This document shows, in pieces, positions 1 through 10,938 of a stretch of 64,000 bases of DNA (position 1 is the first letter of the stretch; each line of letters begins with the position of its first letter). Source of the DNA: Mobula birostris (Eukaryota); contig NC_092386.1 of the NCBI RefSeq assembly GCF_030028105.1, positions 17,291,258-17,355,257 of the forward strand, in the 5' to 3' direction. The notes beneath the pieces were generated by a model. The model saw only the letters and a list, made by a program, of their open reading frames with translations. It was not told where the DNA came from and did no database searches. Made by a program: the position numbers and the translations under genes.

Positions 1-197
1 CTTCAAAGTGGCCAACTTGAAGTCTCTGACAAACTATGACCAACAGGTCAGCTGTGGAACCAGAGGAGCCAACATATTCGATCGTTGATACACCACCAAC
101 AATGCTTACTTTGCCATCCCACACCTGCACTTTCGCAAGTCCAATCACCTGGCTGTACTCTACTCCCAGCATATAGGCAGAGATTGAAGACAGGATT

Positions 198-326
198 TAC
201 AAACACAAAAGATTCTGCAAATGCTGAAAACCAAGAGTAACACACGAAAAATGTTTTTACTCCGGTCAGGCAGCTCTATGGAGAAGAATAAACAGTTGAC
301 ATTTTGGGCTGAGACCCTTCATCAGC
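198..326 (-). mobile_element. Penelope terminal-repeat fragment with degenerate hammerhead
   Basis: Reverse complement CTGATGAAGGGTCTCAGCCCAAAATGTCAACTG followed by the family-typical GCTGCCTGACC. Confidence 0.7.
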
Positions 327-732
327 AATTACAAAATTGCTTTGAATCATTGGATCTGAATGATTAAACCACGGCCATCACTGACTTCATTAAGACCTGA
401 GTGGGTAAGTGTGATGCCTTCTAGAACATTAAGCTTTATCAAACCAGAAACCCTGGATGAACCAGGTTTGTAGTGTGCTAAGGGCTCCATTTGTGGCATT
501 CAGGACCAGCAATTCAGAATCCTGCAAATCTAGGTACAGCCTATGGATGGCCACTGCGACAGCAAAAAGATACTTCTGTGTGAGAGACAACCCAATGCGT
601 GACAGCTGTGGCAAGGTGAGACCTAGCAGTATAAATGACAGCAATAATTCACTTCCTAATGAATGCTAATCCTTTTATACCCACTTTGAAAGGGAAGATA
701 AAACTATGCCTGCTCAAAGCCCCACAACATCT

Positions 733-970
733 GGCACAGTAGCTTTGTGGTCAGCACAATGCTTTCCAGTTCAGTGACCCATTGCTATCTGTAAGGAGTT
801 TGTACGGTCTCACTGTGACCACGTGAGTTTCCTCCCACAGTCCAAAGGTGTATAAATTGGTCACTGCAAATTGTCCTGTGATTGAGCTAGGATTAAAATT
901 GAGGGATTACCGGACAGCATGGCTCAAAGGGTCTGAAGGGTTTAGTCCATGCTGTATCTCAATAAATAAA
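733..970 (+). mobile_element. tRNA-derived V-SINE (HE1-like)
   Basis: Decayed tRNA head, V-domain-like GGAGTTTGTACG...TTTCCTCCCACAGTCCAAAG, and an AATAAATAAA tail. Related minus-strand copies at ~24175-24375 and ~56730-56870. Confidence 0.7.
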
Positions 971-3619
971 CCCTGTGATCTTTGTCTTGAAAGCTAATGT
1001 CAGAACATCTTTCAAGAGGACAAACCCTTGGAAGGTGTCTGGCGCCAAGGGGGTACCTGACCAGGTACTGAAAATCTGTGCTTACAAGATGGCTGGTGCA
1101 TTTGAGGACATCTTCAACCTCTCAGCTCTGTGGTCTGGGGTTCCCACCTATTTCAAAAGGGCAGCACAGACCAGTATCCTAAAAGCGCAGGGTGAACAAC
1201 CTAACAACCTCAATGACTACTGACTAACTGTCACATCTACCACAATGAAGCGCTTCAAGAGGTTGGTTATGGCTAGAATTAATGCCCACTTAAGGACTCA
1301 GACCTGCTGCTGCCAAAACACAACAGCAAACACAAGCTCACTAGCACTTAATTTTGCTGTGGACCACATAGACAAGTGCAATTTATTGATTACAGATCAG
1401 TGTTGGATACCAACATTCCCTCAGTACTAATCACCAAATTTCTAAACATGGGCCTCTGTAACTGGATCCTCGACTCCCTCATTGGGGGACCACAGTAGGT
1501 GTGCATCAGTGATAACATCTCTTCAACTGACAATCCACACAGGTAACACCATTGTTGGCAAAATCTCAGATGGCAACGAGGAGACATACAGGATTGAGAA
1601 TCTCAGCTGGTTAAGTGGTGTTGCAACAACAATCTTCCACTCAACATCAGCAAGACCAATAAAGACTTCAGGAAGAGAAGTTGAGAAAACATGATCAGTT
1701 GTGGAAAGGGTGAACAGCTTTAAATTCTTGGGTGCCCTGACACTCAACCTCATTAAGAGTTTGATGAGATTTGGTAAGCCACCAAACACTCTTGCAAATT
1801 TCTACAGATTTATGCTGGAGAGCATTTGTCCAATTGCATCTTAGCTTGGTATTAAGTCTCCAATGCACAGGATCGTAAGAGGCTGCAGAAGATTTCAGAC
1901 ACAGCCAGCTCCATCAATGGCACAATCCTATCCACTACTGAGGGCATCTTCAAGATGTTGTGAGTCAAGAAGGCAATATCCATCATTAAGGAAGCTCACC
2001 ATCTTGTGTTACCACTGCCTGGGAGTTCATAATCTGAGGACCCACACTCAATGATTCAGGAATAGCTTCTGCCCCTTCATACTTCTGAATAGTCCATGAA
2101 CGCATAAACACTACCTCATTATTCCTTACTTTTTACAATATATTTTGTAATTTATACTAATTTTACATCTTTGCATGGTACAGATGTTGCAACACAACAT
2201 TTTACATTACATAAGTGAGATAATAAACCTGATTCTTGATATTTTTAAATCTAGTCACATTACTGCTCCAGATAATTGAGCCTCAATACACAACAACCCA
2301 ACTTTTCACCACAAAACATTTGTGTCACAAACTTGAAGATGTTCCAGAAAAAGGAGACAGCCAAAGGGAGTTACAAAAAATCAGTTCTGGAGACCTTTCA
2401 CAGAGTCCACATGAAGAAAATGCTCCCACTTGATTTGCAATCCAAAGCTTGGTGCCAGAATTCACAATATTTATGTGACGCCTTAAGAGGAGTAAAATGT
2501 CCAAAAGTGCTTCACTTGAAAACTTTCAAATCAAATTAGTCATATAAAGAAACAAATGACAAAAGGCACAGTCAAATAAATGTGTTTTAATTCTCTCATC
2601 GAAGCAGAGAGGCAGACAAATGGAGGAGAGAGAGATTTTGGTGGCAAGGGACGGCGGGAGTTGGTTAGTTCCAGTTCAAGGCTGCCAGCAGTGGAGTTAA
2701 ATTCTACAATCAAGTGGCATGTGGAAATGGGAAGAGGTAAGGCCATGAAATAACTTAAAAAGGAGGATTAGAAATTATAAAATCAAGCTCCAACATAACC
2801 TCAGCAGGTAAGTGGAACATGGGAGCAGCGCAGAAGTTTGGATGTTAATTTCCTACAAGGCAGAATGAGAAAAACTAATCTGCAATTTGCTGGATCAGGC
2901 AAATACAAAAAGATTTATATAATCCTGCATGAGATTCCAGTAGCAGATCACCTGATGTGGAGTCTGGATGCACTGTTATAGAACTGTATAGCCTGACATA
3001 TAAGCTGAGATCACATACGAGGATGCAATGCAGAACTCCTAAAGTTCCAGAAAATGGAAATGGAATTATAGCTATGGAAGTGAGCTGGTGGGAATGACTT
3101 TGACCATCAAAATACTGAGTTGCAGGAACATTCTTCCACCCGTTATCATACACAAGACAAGACAAGCTGCAATTTATAGATACTCCAGACATCCAACAAA
3201 TTCAAAACCATTTTTATCCAGGGAATGGTATGAAACTTTGAATGTTCCAATGTGGAACTTTCCAACAAAAACTAATTGAGGTATATATGCTTTAAGAGGA
3301 ATCTAGATGATTGAGACAAAGACAACTACCCAAAGGGGTAGTTCATTAAGCATCAGCATCACGGGAGAACAGTTGTACAAAATCGCTTAATTCTGTACAG
3401 CAATTTCTTAATTTCAATAATTCTACTTGTTCACTGGTTCCAGTTATCCCCTATTTAGATCCTCAATCACTTTTGCATGTTATATGGTTAATCATATGCT
3501 GAAAGTAACACACAAAGAATGTTTTATACAATAGACAAGGGGTTGGAAGAGAAAATAAGGTAATTGTCACAGTTATGGTATCCACATTATAAAATAGGAC
3601 AATATTTGAAAAGCAAAAT

Positions 3620-3870
3620 GTTCTGGACTTAATCCTAAAAAAAATACACATGATGAAAAGAGAGACCAACTCCATCATCAATACAGTACTTCACTGGATC
3701 CCTGAATAACGGAGGAAATACAGGAAAGCTAGGAAACCCAAGACAACTTGGCGCTGTACCAAAGAGACAGAAATGAGGCTCCTGAACCACACCTGGCACA
3801 CAACAGAGAATATGGCTAAGGACAGGGAGATGGAGGACCTTCATTGCTGCCAGCAGCGTAACAGACAGTA
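3620..3870 (+). mobile_element. RTE-clade LINE 3' fragment
   Basis: Translates to ..VLHWIPE*RRKYRKARKPKTTWRCTKETEMRLLNHTWHTTENMAKDR, a typical RTE ORF C-terminus. Confidence 0.65.
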
Positions 3871-4851
3871 ACTACCTTTAAGAAAAAAAGGACTAAGAAA
3901 ACCAAGTGTGCCACATTGATCATTAAACCATGCAACTGCATTCCTTCTCAAGAGTGGAACAATTTGATCTCTTTTTATTAAATCTCAATCAATATTTGGA
4001 TGTGTACTTGAACATATTTGAAAGATCACATACATAATAATTACTTAAGGTTCAACTGCAATTATAATCAGAAATCTGTGCATTTCATAACCTTGTCCTG
4101 CAAATGATGACATCACAACAGGGTCTAGTTTGAGGTCCATATCCCTCAAACAAAAGTGGCCATTAGTTATGTATGCATCATGATCTTTCATTTAGAGGGA
4201 GATTTGAACAATTTCCTTCTCCAAATTTTTATCAACTAATGTTTGGGAAGTATTTGTTAACTGGACAGTTCTTCAATGTAATGTAACCAATGCCTTGTCG
4301 AGACAATAAAAAAAACTACAGGTTTTACTTCTGCCTTTTGAGAACATATCTTTCAACAGTGCATCAATGGAAAGGCGATAAAAATTTACCGTCAACAAGC
4401 AGCATAATTTAAGTTTGCTCTGACATTCAAGCCTGAGAGCAAACTATCTACCACATACTATGAGGGCCATCCCTCTTAGTTAAATGCCAAAAGTAAAAAT
4501 AATAAAATGCATCCCAAGTAAAACAGGTGCAGGTATTAAATTCTGGGTATGGGACATTTTCCAGTTTGCAATACTAAAGCAAAAACCTTTACACAAGTTC
4601 TCTTAGTAAATACTTTAGGACATTTCTGATGTTTCACTGAGTAAGAGAACTTCACAAAATATCATATTAAACATATGAACAACAGCTTCATCACAAAAAT
4701 GTAATTGTAACAGTCATTTTAAAGTATTAAAACTTAAATATCACACATTTTTGTGATCTGTGGTTTCTCATGAAACGTAATTGTGTAAAACATTGGACAG
4801 TACACAAGGTGAGATGTCATTTTTCTTTTGCTGATGACCAGCAATGAAACA

Positions 4852-6285
4852 AGAGCATAAGATATAGGAGCAAAATTAGGTAGCCCATCGCATTTGCTCC
4901 ACCATTTCATCATGGCTGATACAGTGTTCCCTTCAGCCCAATCTCCAGCCCTGACAAATCAAGAATCTATTAACTCTGCCTTAAATACACATAAAGACTT
5001 GGCTTCCACAGCTGCCCATGGCAAAGAATTCCACAGATTCACCACTCTCTTGCTAAAGAAATCCCTCATCTCTGTTCTAATGGATGCCCCTCTATTCTGA
5101 GTTTGTGTCCTCTGGTCTTAAGACTCTCCCACCATAGCAAATATCCTGTTCACATCCACTCTATCAAGGCCTTCGACAGGTTTCAATGAGGCCACCCGTC
5201 ATTCTTCTGAATACCAATGAATGTAGGCCCAGAGCCATCAAACAGTCTTCATAAGACAAGCCATTCAATCCTGGAATCATTTTCATGAACCTCCTTTGAA
5301 CCCTCTCCAGTTTCAGCACATCCTTTCTTCGATAAGGGGCCCAAAGCTGCTCACAATACTTCAAGTAGGGCCTCACCAGTACTTTATAAAGTTTCTTGAA
5401 ATTGCATTTGCCTTCCTCACCACAGACTCAACCTGCAAACTAACGTTTTGGGAATCCTGCACAAGGTCTCAGAAATCCCCTTACACCTCAGTAATTTTGT
5501 ATTTTTTCTCCATTTAAAAAATAGTCTGCCCTTTCATTTCTTCTACCAAAGTACATGACCACAGAATTCCCGACGCTGTATTCTATCTGCCACTTCCTTG
5601 CCCATTCTCCAAATCTAAGTCCTTTCAAAGCTTCTCTACTTCCTCAAAACTACCTGCCCCTAGCTTCATAACATCTGCAAAGAACATTAAAATAATCAGT
5701 CCCAACACAGACCTCACCGGCAGCCAGCCAGGAGAAGCTCCCTTTATTCCCACACTTTGCCTCCTGCCAATTAGCTACTGCTTTATCCATGCTAGATTAT
5801 TTCCTGCAACACCATGGACTCGTAGCTTGTTAAGCAGTCTTATGTGTGACACCTTGTCGAAGGTCTTCTAAAAATCCAAAAACGCAACATCAACAGATTC
5901 TCCTTTGTCTATCCTGCTTGTTATTTCTTCAAAGAATTGCAACAGATTTGTCAGGCAAGATTTTCCCTCAAGGAAACCATGCTGACTGCAGACTATTTTA
6001 TCATGTGCCTCCAAGTACCCTGAAGCCTCATCCTTAACAATCGATTCCAACACCTTCCCATCCACTGAGGTCAGACTCTGCACCTCTGCCTTCTTGAAGA
6101 GTGGAGTGACAGTCTTCCAGAATCTAGTGATTCTTGAAAGATCTTTACTAATGCCCCCACAATCTCTTCAGCAACCTCTTTCAGAACTCTGGGGTGTACA
6201 CCACCTGGCCCAGGTGACTTATCTAACTTCAGACCTTTCAGTTTCCCCAAGAGCCTTTTGCCTAGTTATGGTAACTTCACACACT
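4852..6285 (-). mobile_element. CR1 LINE 3' portion (in CHD1 intron 2)
   Basis: ORFs 5868-6083 (QHGFLEGKSCLTNLLQFFEEIT..VDVAFLDF) and 5164-5376 (RPYLKYCEQLWAPY..LERVQRRFMKMIPGL) are CR1 RT; tail CTCCTATATCTTATG. Confidence 0.9.
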
Positions 6286-7078
6286 TCATGTTGGTGCCAG
6301 AACTCAGAGGTAAAACAAATTGCAGAATTAAATTAAATGGGACTTTCATTGCCAAATGCCTCCAGAAATGTCGATGGCTACTTGTTCCCCAGACAAATTT
6401 CCACCAGGGAATGGCTGATAATGAAACCTGCATGGCAATCAAACACGTAAAGGCACTCCACAGGCAATGGAAATTCTGCAGAGTATCTGACTGTAAACTG
6501 TTTGTGTTACACACTTAAAAAGTTAAGATGTCAAAGTATGAAAGCAAAAAAACACTAAGTGGTCTCATACGTTACACGATGTGGACATTCCAAACAACAC
6601 AAGCAAATGTTGCCCATCCCTGATTTTCCAAACTGAGGATGTGCGGGTTGAGAGTGACATTTTAGCTGGCCAGTAAAGGATGGTAAAAATTTATCCAAAA
6701 AGGCACGAGTCAACCAGTGGTTGCACAACTTTTAAAATTCTTGTTTCATTTAATTATTTAAAATTCATCAACTGCAGTGATAGAACCTTGTCAGTGAATA
6801 CTAGTTTAGTGTCTGCACGTCCAGTAGCTATTACTGCCTTAAATATGTCAAAGTTTCTCTTTGAGAATTTTATTTGATTTTGAAATTCTTGGCAGCATTA
6901 ACAACAGAATGCTAATTTTCAGATTATTGACAAAACTCTATACCATTCAATTTACTGAACCCACAGGGGTAGAAATACATTTTCAATTTTATATGCAGAA
7001 TACACCAGGAAATGCCACTTAAATATGTTGCAGCGCGCTAGCTCTGTTGCTTAGCGTTGAGCATAAAGCTTTTAATAC

Positions 7079-7131
7079 CTTGAGTCTCCACTACTGTTAC
7101 TGACGCTGTCCTCATCACCGTGACCCTCCAT
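7079..7131 (-). CDS. CHD1: First coding segment of chromodomain-helicase-DNA-binding protein 1 (53 nt, phase-2 donor); rest of gene lies left of the window
   Basis: Minus strand ATG GAG GGT CAC GGT GAT GAG GAC AGC GTC AGT AAC AGT AGT GGA GAC TCA AG|GTATTA = MEGHGDEDSVSNSSGDS(S). Matches the human CHD1 N-terminus as I recall it (MNGHSDEESVRNSSGESS) at 12/17 residues. Too short for the ORF track. Lies just downstream of a CpG island. Confidence 0.9.
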
Positions 7132-7269
7132 TTGCAGGTTCGAAAAGGAAAGTATCAAATGAGTCTTCACAAGCTAGAAAACTGCCAAGATCCCGCTTCG
7201 AAATAAAACAGATCGGCCCACACCGGTTCTTATATTTCTGTGTATTCTCCAAATGCGTGCCCCACGTTT
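7079..7269 (-). other. CHD1: CHD1 exon 2 (138 nt 5'UTR + 53 nt CDS)
   Basis: Acceptor cctaaatactatttctttccttgcAG| (AG at 7271-7270, branch-like CTAAA upstream) and donor AAG|GTATTA at 7078. Confidence 0.8.
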
Positions 7270-8222
7270 CTGCAAGGAAAGAAATAGTATTTAGGAATCT
7301 CTTTACAATCGCAAAAGCTAGCGTTACCCAAATTAGAGATAAATAGGGACCGAATACTACGACACTTATTACTGTCTGATAAAAGCAAATAACAAGCATC
7401 GATTTTGAACAGCTCTGTCAAAAAGCTCTTAAAATTAACGAAAACACAAAACGTTCTTCGTTCCTACATTCAATCGATTTCGATTGTCTAGCTTTCTTAT
7501 TTTACACTTGAGGGGGATCACCATGCGGACTCCTGTTACTCACAGTATACACGTTGATGTAAAAGACAATCTTGTTAATCAATACCCATGGCCGTATTGT
7601 AATGTCACTTCCACCATTACCGTCTAATGTAAATCGCCAATTTTGCCGGGAAACACCGGACCCCATGTTCGGTCGTCATTGAACATGTACGGATTAACTT
7701 ACTCCCGCAAAGTGAACATGTCAGACAAAGGAAGATGTGAGGGAGAAAAAAAATCCAAAAGGAGAGAAAAATAAAACAATTATGTCCTGCAAATGCCTAC
7801 AGTCTTCCAGCACAGCTTGTTCCCAACCTCAGGGTGGCTGTGCGCTGGGCCTTGGATGAACAACAAAGCGCCTGTGGCTGGGGCTGGCGGACCGCACTGT
7901 TCATCCACTTGCAGGCCTCGGCCTAGCGCGCTGCTGCGTCGGTGCGGGTCGGTGGGTCGGTCGGTCGGCCGGCCCGCCCGCCCGGGCCCCTCCACTCCGC
8001 CAACGCCGGCTGCTGATGGAATGTGCGCGGGCGCGCGAGCCCTCCTCTCGGGCTCCCTCCCCCCGGCTCGAGCCGCTTCCCCGGCGGCCGCACGTCAGCC
8101 CGGGAGCTCGCGCTCGGCGTTCCTTCCCCACGCGCCGGGGGCTAACCTTCAGTCCCACACCGCCCGCCCCAAAACGGAGCGGAGGGGAGGGGAAGGGGGG
8201 CAACTCCAGTACGGTTTCTCAC

Positions 8223-8450
8223 CCGGTGCGTCTGTTTTGTTCTCCTTCAGTGTTGCTGTCGTCTCGGGACCCTTGCCCCCTTCCGTTTTCTTCCCCCTTC
8301 CCTTTACTCGCGGGCACACAGACTTCTTTTTTCCTCTCTTCCTCTCTCTCTCTGTCCCTGCCCCCGCAGTTCGGCTGCCGACAGACAGTTTTATTTTGCG
8401 TTCACTATCGCCCTGCCGGCAGACACGGCCGCCATGACTCGCGTTCACAC
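8223..8450 (-). other. CHD1: CHD1 non-coding exon 1 (TSS approximate)
   Basis: Strong donor CGG|GTGAGA (GT at 8222-8221) inside the CpG island, a purine-rich leader and a YY1-like ATGGCGGC near the presumed start. The 5' end is estimated, not observed. Confidence 0.6.
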
Positions 8451-8520
8451 TTTGGGCCGGGAGTCGGACTCACTGCCGATGACGTCAGCCACACCCCGCG
8501 GGGGGGAGGAGGGGGAGAGC
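8428..8520. promoter_or_regulatory. Core promoter motifs: YY1-like, CRE, KLF/SP box, G-rich SP/MAZ tract
   Basis: GCCGCCATG 8428-8436; perfect CRE palindrome TGACGTCA 8480-8487; CCACACCC 8489-8496; G-rich tract ~8500-8519. Confidence 0.65.
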
Positions 8521-10801
8521 GGGACGCTTGACTGGAGAGTGGAGCATGACGGGAAGTTGGTTGACAGGCAGGCCAGGAGTCCCGAGCAGCGAGCGCAGCA
8601 TCTGACCGCTGGACGCGCAGTGCAGCGCAGGCATTTCAAATATGCAGGAGGTCCAAAGGAGGAAACCCCATCCGACCGATCCCAGCTCAAGCCCACGTCT
8701 GAATTCGTCCTCCGAATAGTGTACGGTGGAGTCGCTTTTAAGTAATGTGACTCAATGTCTGTGTGACACATTGAGACGCTGCTACAAGTTCTTCCGAATT
8801 CAAGGGTCAACCACTGAGTCAAAATCCGAATCTACGCTATCAGAGACGGGACTACTAAAATGAGCTCATTTAACACATGAGATACTGGAAATCCTGTTCA
8901 ACACGCACACAGAACGCCGGAGGAACTTTGTGTGTTGATCTACATTTAATACCGAATTTTGTGTATTGCCCAAATTGCTCTGGGGTGCCCTGTCAACTTC
9001 CTGTCCCATCTATTCAGGCTGAACCAAGATGCAAACCGTTTCTTGTAAACATCCTGCTTAATTCTTACCTAACCGTCATAAACCACAAACACAAGAAATT
9101 GTGCAGATGCTGAAAATCCAGAGTGACGCGCGAAATGCTGAGGAACTCAGCAGGGGTAGACAGCATCAGTTCTACAGAGATAAATAAAAGGTCGACGTTT
9201 TAAGTAGAGACCTTTCATCAGGGCTGGAAAGGAAGGGGGAAGAAGCCAGAATAAGAAAATGGGTGAGGGAAGGAGTACAAGCTGTAAAGTGATAGGTGAA
9301 ACCCGATGAGGGGGAAGGTGGTGGGTGGGGGAGGGAGGATGAGGTGAGAAACGAGGAGGTGATAGGTGGAAAGCGCTGAACGAGGAATGTGACAGGAGAG
9401 GAGAGTGGACCATCAGAATCAGGTTTATTATCACCGGCATGTGACGTGAAAGTTGTTAACTTAGCAGCAACAGTTCAATGCAATACATAATATGGAAGAA
9501 AAAAACTAATAATAAATATATAAATTAAAGTATACATATATAAAATAGATTTAAAAAGTGCAAAAAACAGAAATACTATATATTAAAATGTGAGATAGTA
9601 TCCAAGGGTTCAATGTCCATTTAGGAACTGGATGGCAGAAGGGAAGCTGTTCCTGAATTGTTGAGTGCGTGCCTCCAGGCTTCTGTACCTCCTACCTGAT
9701 GGTAACAGTGAGAAAAGGGCATGCACTGGGTGCTGGAGGTCCTAAATAATGGATGCTGCCTTTCTGAGACACTGTTCCCTGAAGATGTCCTGGGAACTTT
9801 GCAGGCTAGTACCCAAGATGGAGCTAACTAGATTTACAACCCCCTGCAGCTACTTTAGGTCCAGTGCAATAGCAACCCCCCTCCCCACAACTCCATACCA
9901 GACAGTGATGCAGCCTGTCAGAATGCTCTCCACAGTACATCTATAGAAGTTTTTGCGTGTATCTATTGACATGCCAAATCTCTCAAAACTCCTAATAAAG
10001 TATAGTGCTGTCTTGCCTTCTTTATAACTACATTGATATGTTGGGACCAGGTTAGATCCTCAGAGATCTTGACACCCAGAAACCTGAAGATGCTCACTCT
10101 CTCCACTTCTGATCCCTCCATGAGGATTGGTGTGTGTTCCTTGATCTTACCCTTCCTGGTACACAATCAGCTCTTTCGTCTTACTGACGTTGAGTACCAG
10201 ATTGTTGCTGCGGCATCACTCTACTAGTTGGCATATCTCACTCCTGTACACCCTCTCGTTACCACCTGAGATTCTACCAACAAGGGTTGTATTGTCAGCA
10301 AATGGTATTTGAGCAATGCCTAGCCACACAGTCATGTGCATATAGAGAATAGAGCAGTGGGTTAAGCACACACCCCTGAGGTGCGCCAGTATTGATAGTC
10401 AGTGAGAAGGATATGTTATCACCAATCTGCACAGACTGTGGTCTTCCGGTTAGTAAGTCAAGAATCCAATTGCAGAGAGAGGACCAGAGGCCCAGGATCT
10501 GCAACTTCTCAATCAGGATTGTGGGAATGATGGTATTAAATGCTGAGCTATGGTTGATGAACATCATCCTGACATGGGTGATTGTATAACCCAGGTGGTC
10601 TAAAGCCATGTGGAGAGCCACTGAGATTGTATCTGCTGTTGACCTATTGTGGCGATAGGCAAATTGCAATGGGTCCAGGTCCTTGCTGAGGCAGGAGATC
10701 AGTGTAGTCATGACCAACCTCACAAAGCATTTCATCACTGTCGATGTGAGTGCTATCAGGCGATAGTCATTAAGGCAGCCCACATTATTCTTCTTGGGCA
10801 C

Positions 10802-10938
10802 CCTCCCCCCACCCTCTTTATAGGGCCTCTGCCCTTCCCTCTTCAGTCCTGATGAAGGGTTCTGGCCTGAAACGTTGACTGATCGTCTCCACAGATGCTG
10901 CCTGACCTGCTGAGTTCCTCCAGCATGTTGTGACAGTT
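10802..10938 (+). mobile_element. Short Penelope terminal-repeat fragment inserted in the Rex1/Babar RT
   Basis: Near-identical to ~46975-47115. Flanked by GCAC (10798-10801, 10939-10942); removing it restores the LINE motif IIPV|PKK. Confidence 0.85.
10843..10882 (+). ncRNA. Minimal type I hammerhead ribozyme (intact core)
   Basis: TCAGTC-CTGATGA-AGG gttctgg CCT-GAAAC-GTT-GACTGA: 6-bp stem I, CUGAUGA box, 3-bp stem II, GAAA, palindromic AACGUU stem III, GUU cleavage triplet. Confidence 0.75.

Larger units (their letters stand above)
1..2235 (+). mobile_element. Decayed Rex1/Babar-like LINE (APE and RT fragments, 3'UTR), interrupted by younger insertions
   Basis: Endonuclease-like fragment at 1-190, RT-like fragments (GVPDQVLKICA..AGAFEDIFNLS; MKRFKRLVMARINAHL), and a 3' end AATAAACCTGATTC at ~2222-2235. 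Confidence 0.8.
7830..8760. promoter_or_regulatory. CpG island / CHD1 promoter
   Basis: Abrupt GC- and CpG-rich block in otherwise AT-rich, CpG-depleted DNA, with several GC boxes (e.g. CCGCCC at ~8160-8170). Confidence 0.9.

Noticed and set aside
4831-4855. CTGATGA...TGAAAC resembling another hammerhead
   Set aside because: No proper stem II, no NUH triplet and no stem I; it lies at a CR1 junction.
1-7078. Search for the next CHD1 exon (Ser/Gly/Asp-rich)
   Set aside because: No such minus-strand coding sequence found; the intron extends beyond the window.
7793-8822. Long ORFs on both strands in the CpG island (214, 171, 125, 103, 100 aa)
   Set aside because: Low-complexity Pro/Arg/Gly/Ala products expected from GC-rich DNA with few stop codons; the real CHD1 start is at 7131.
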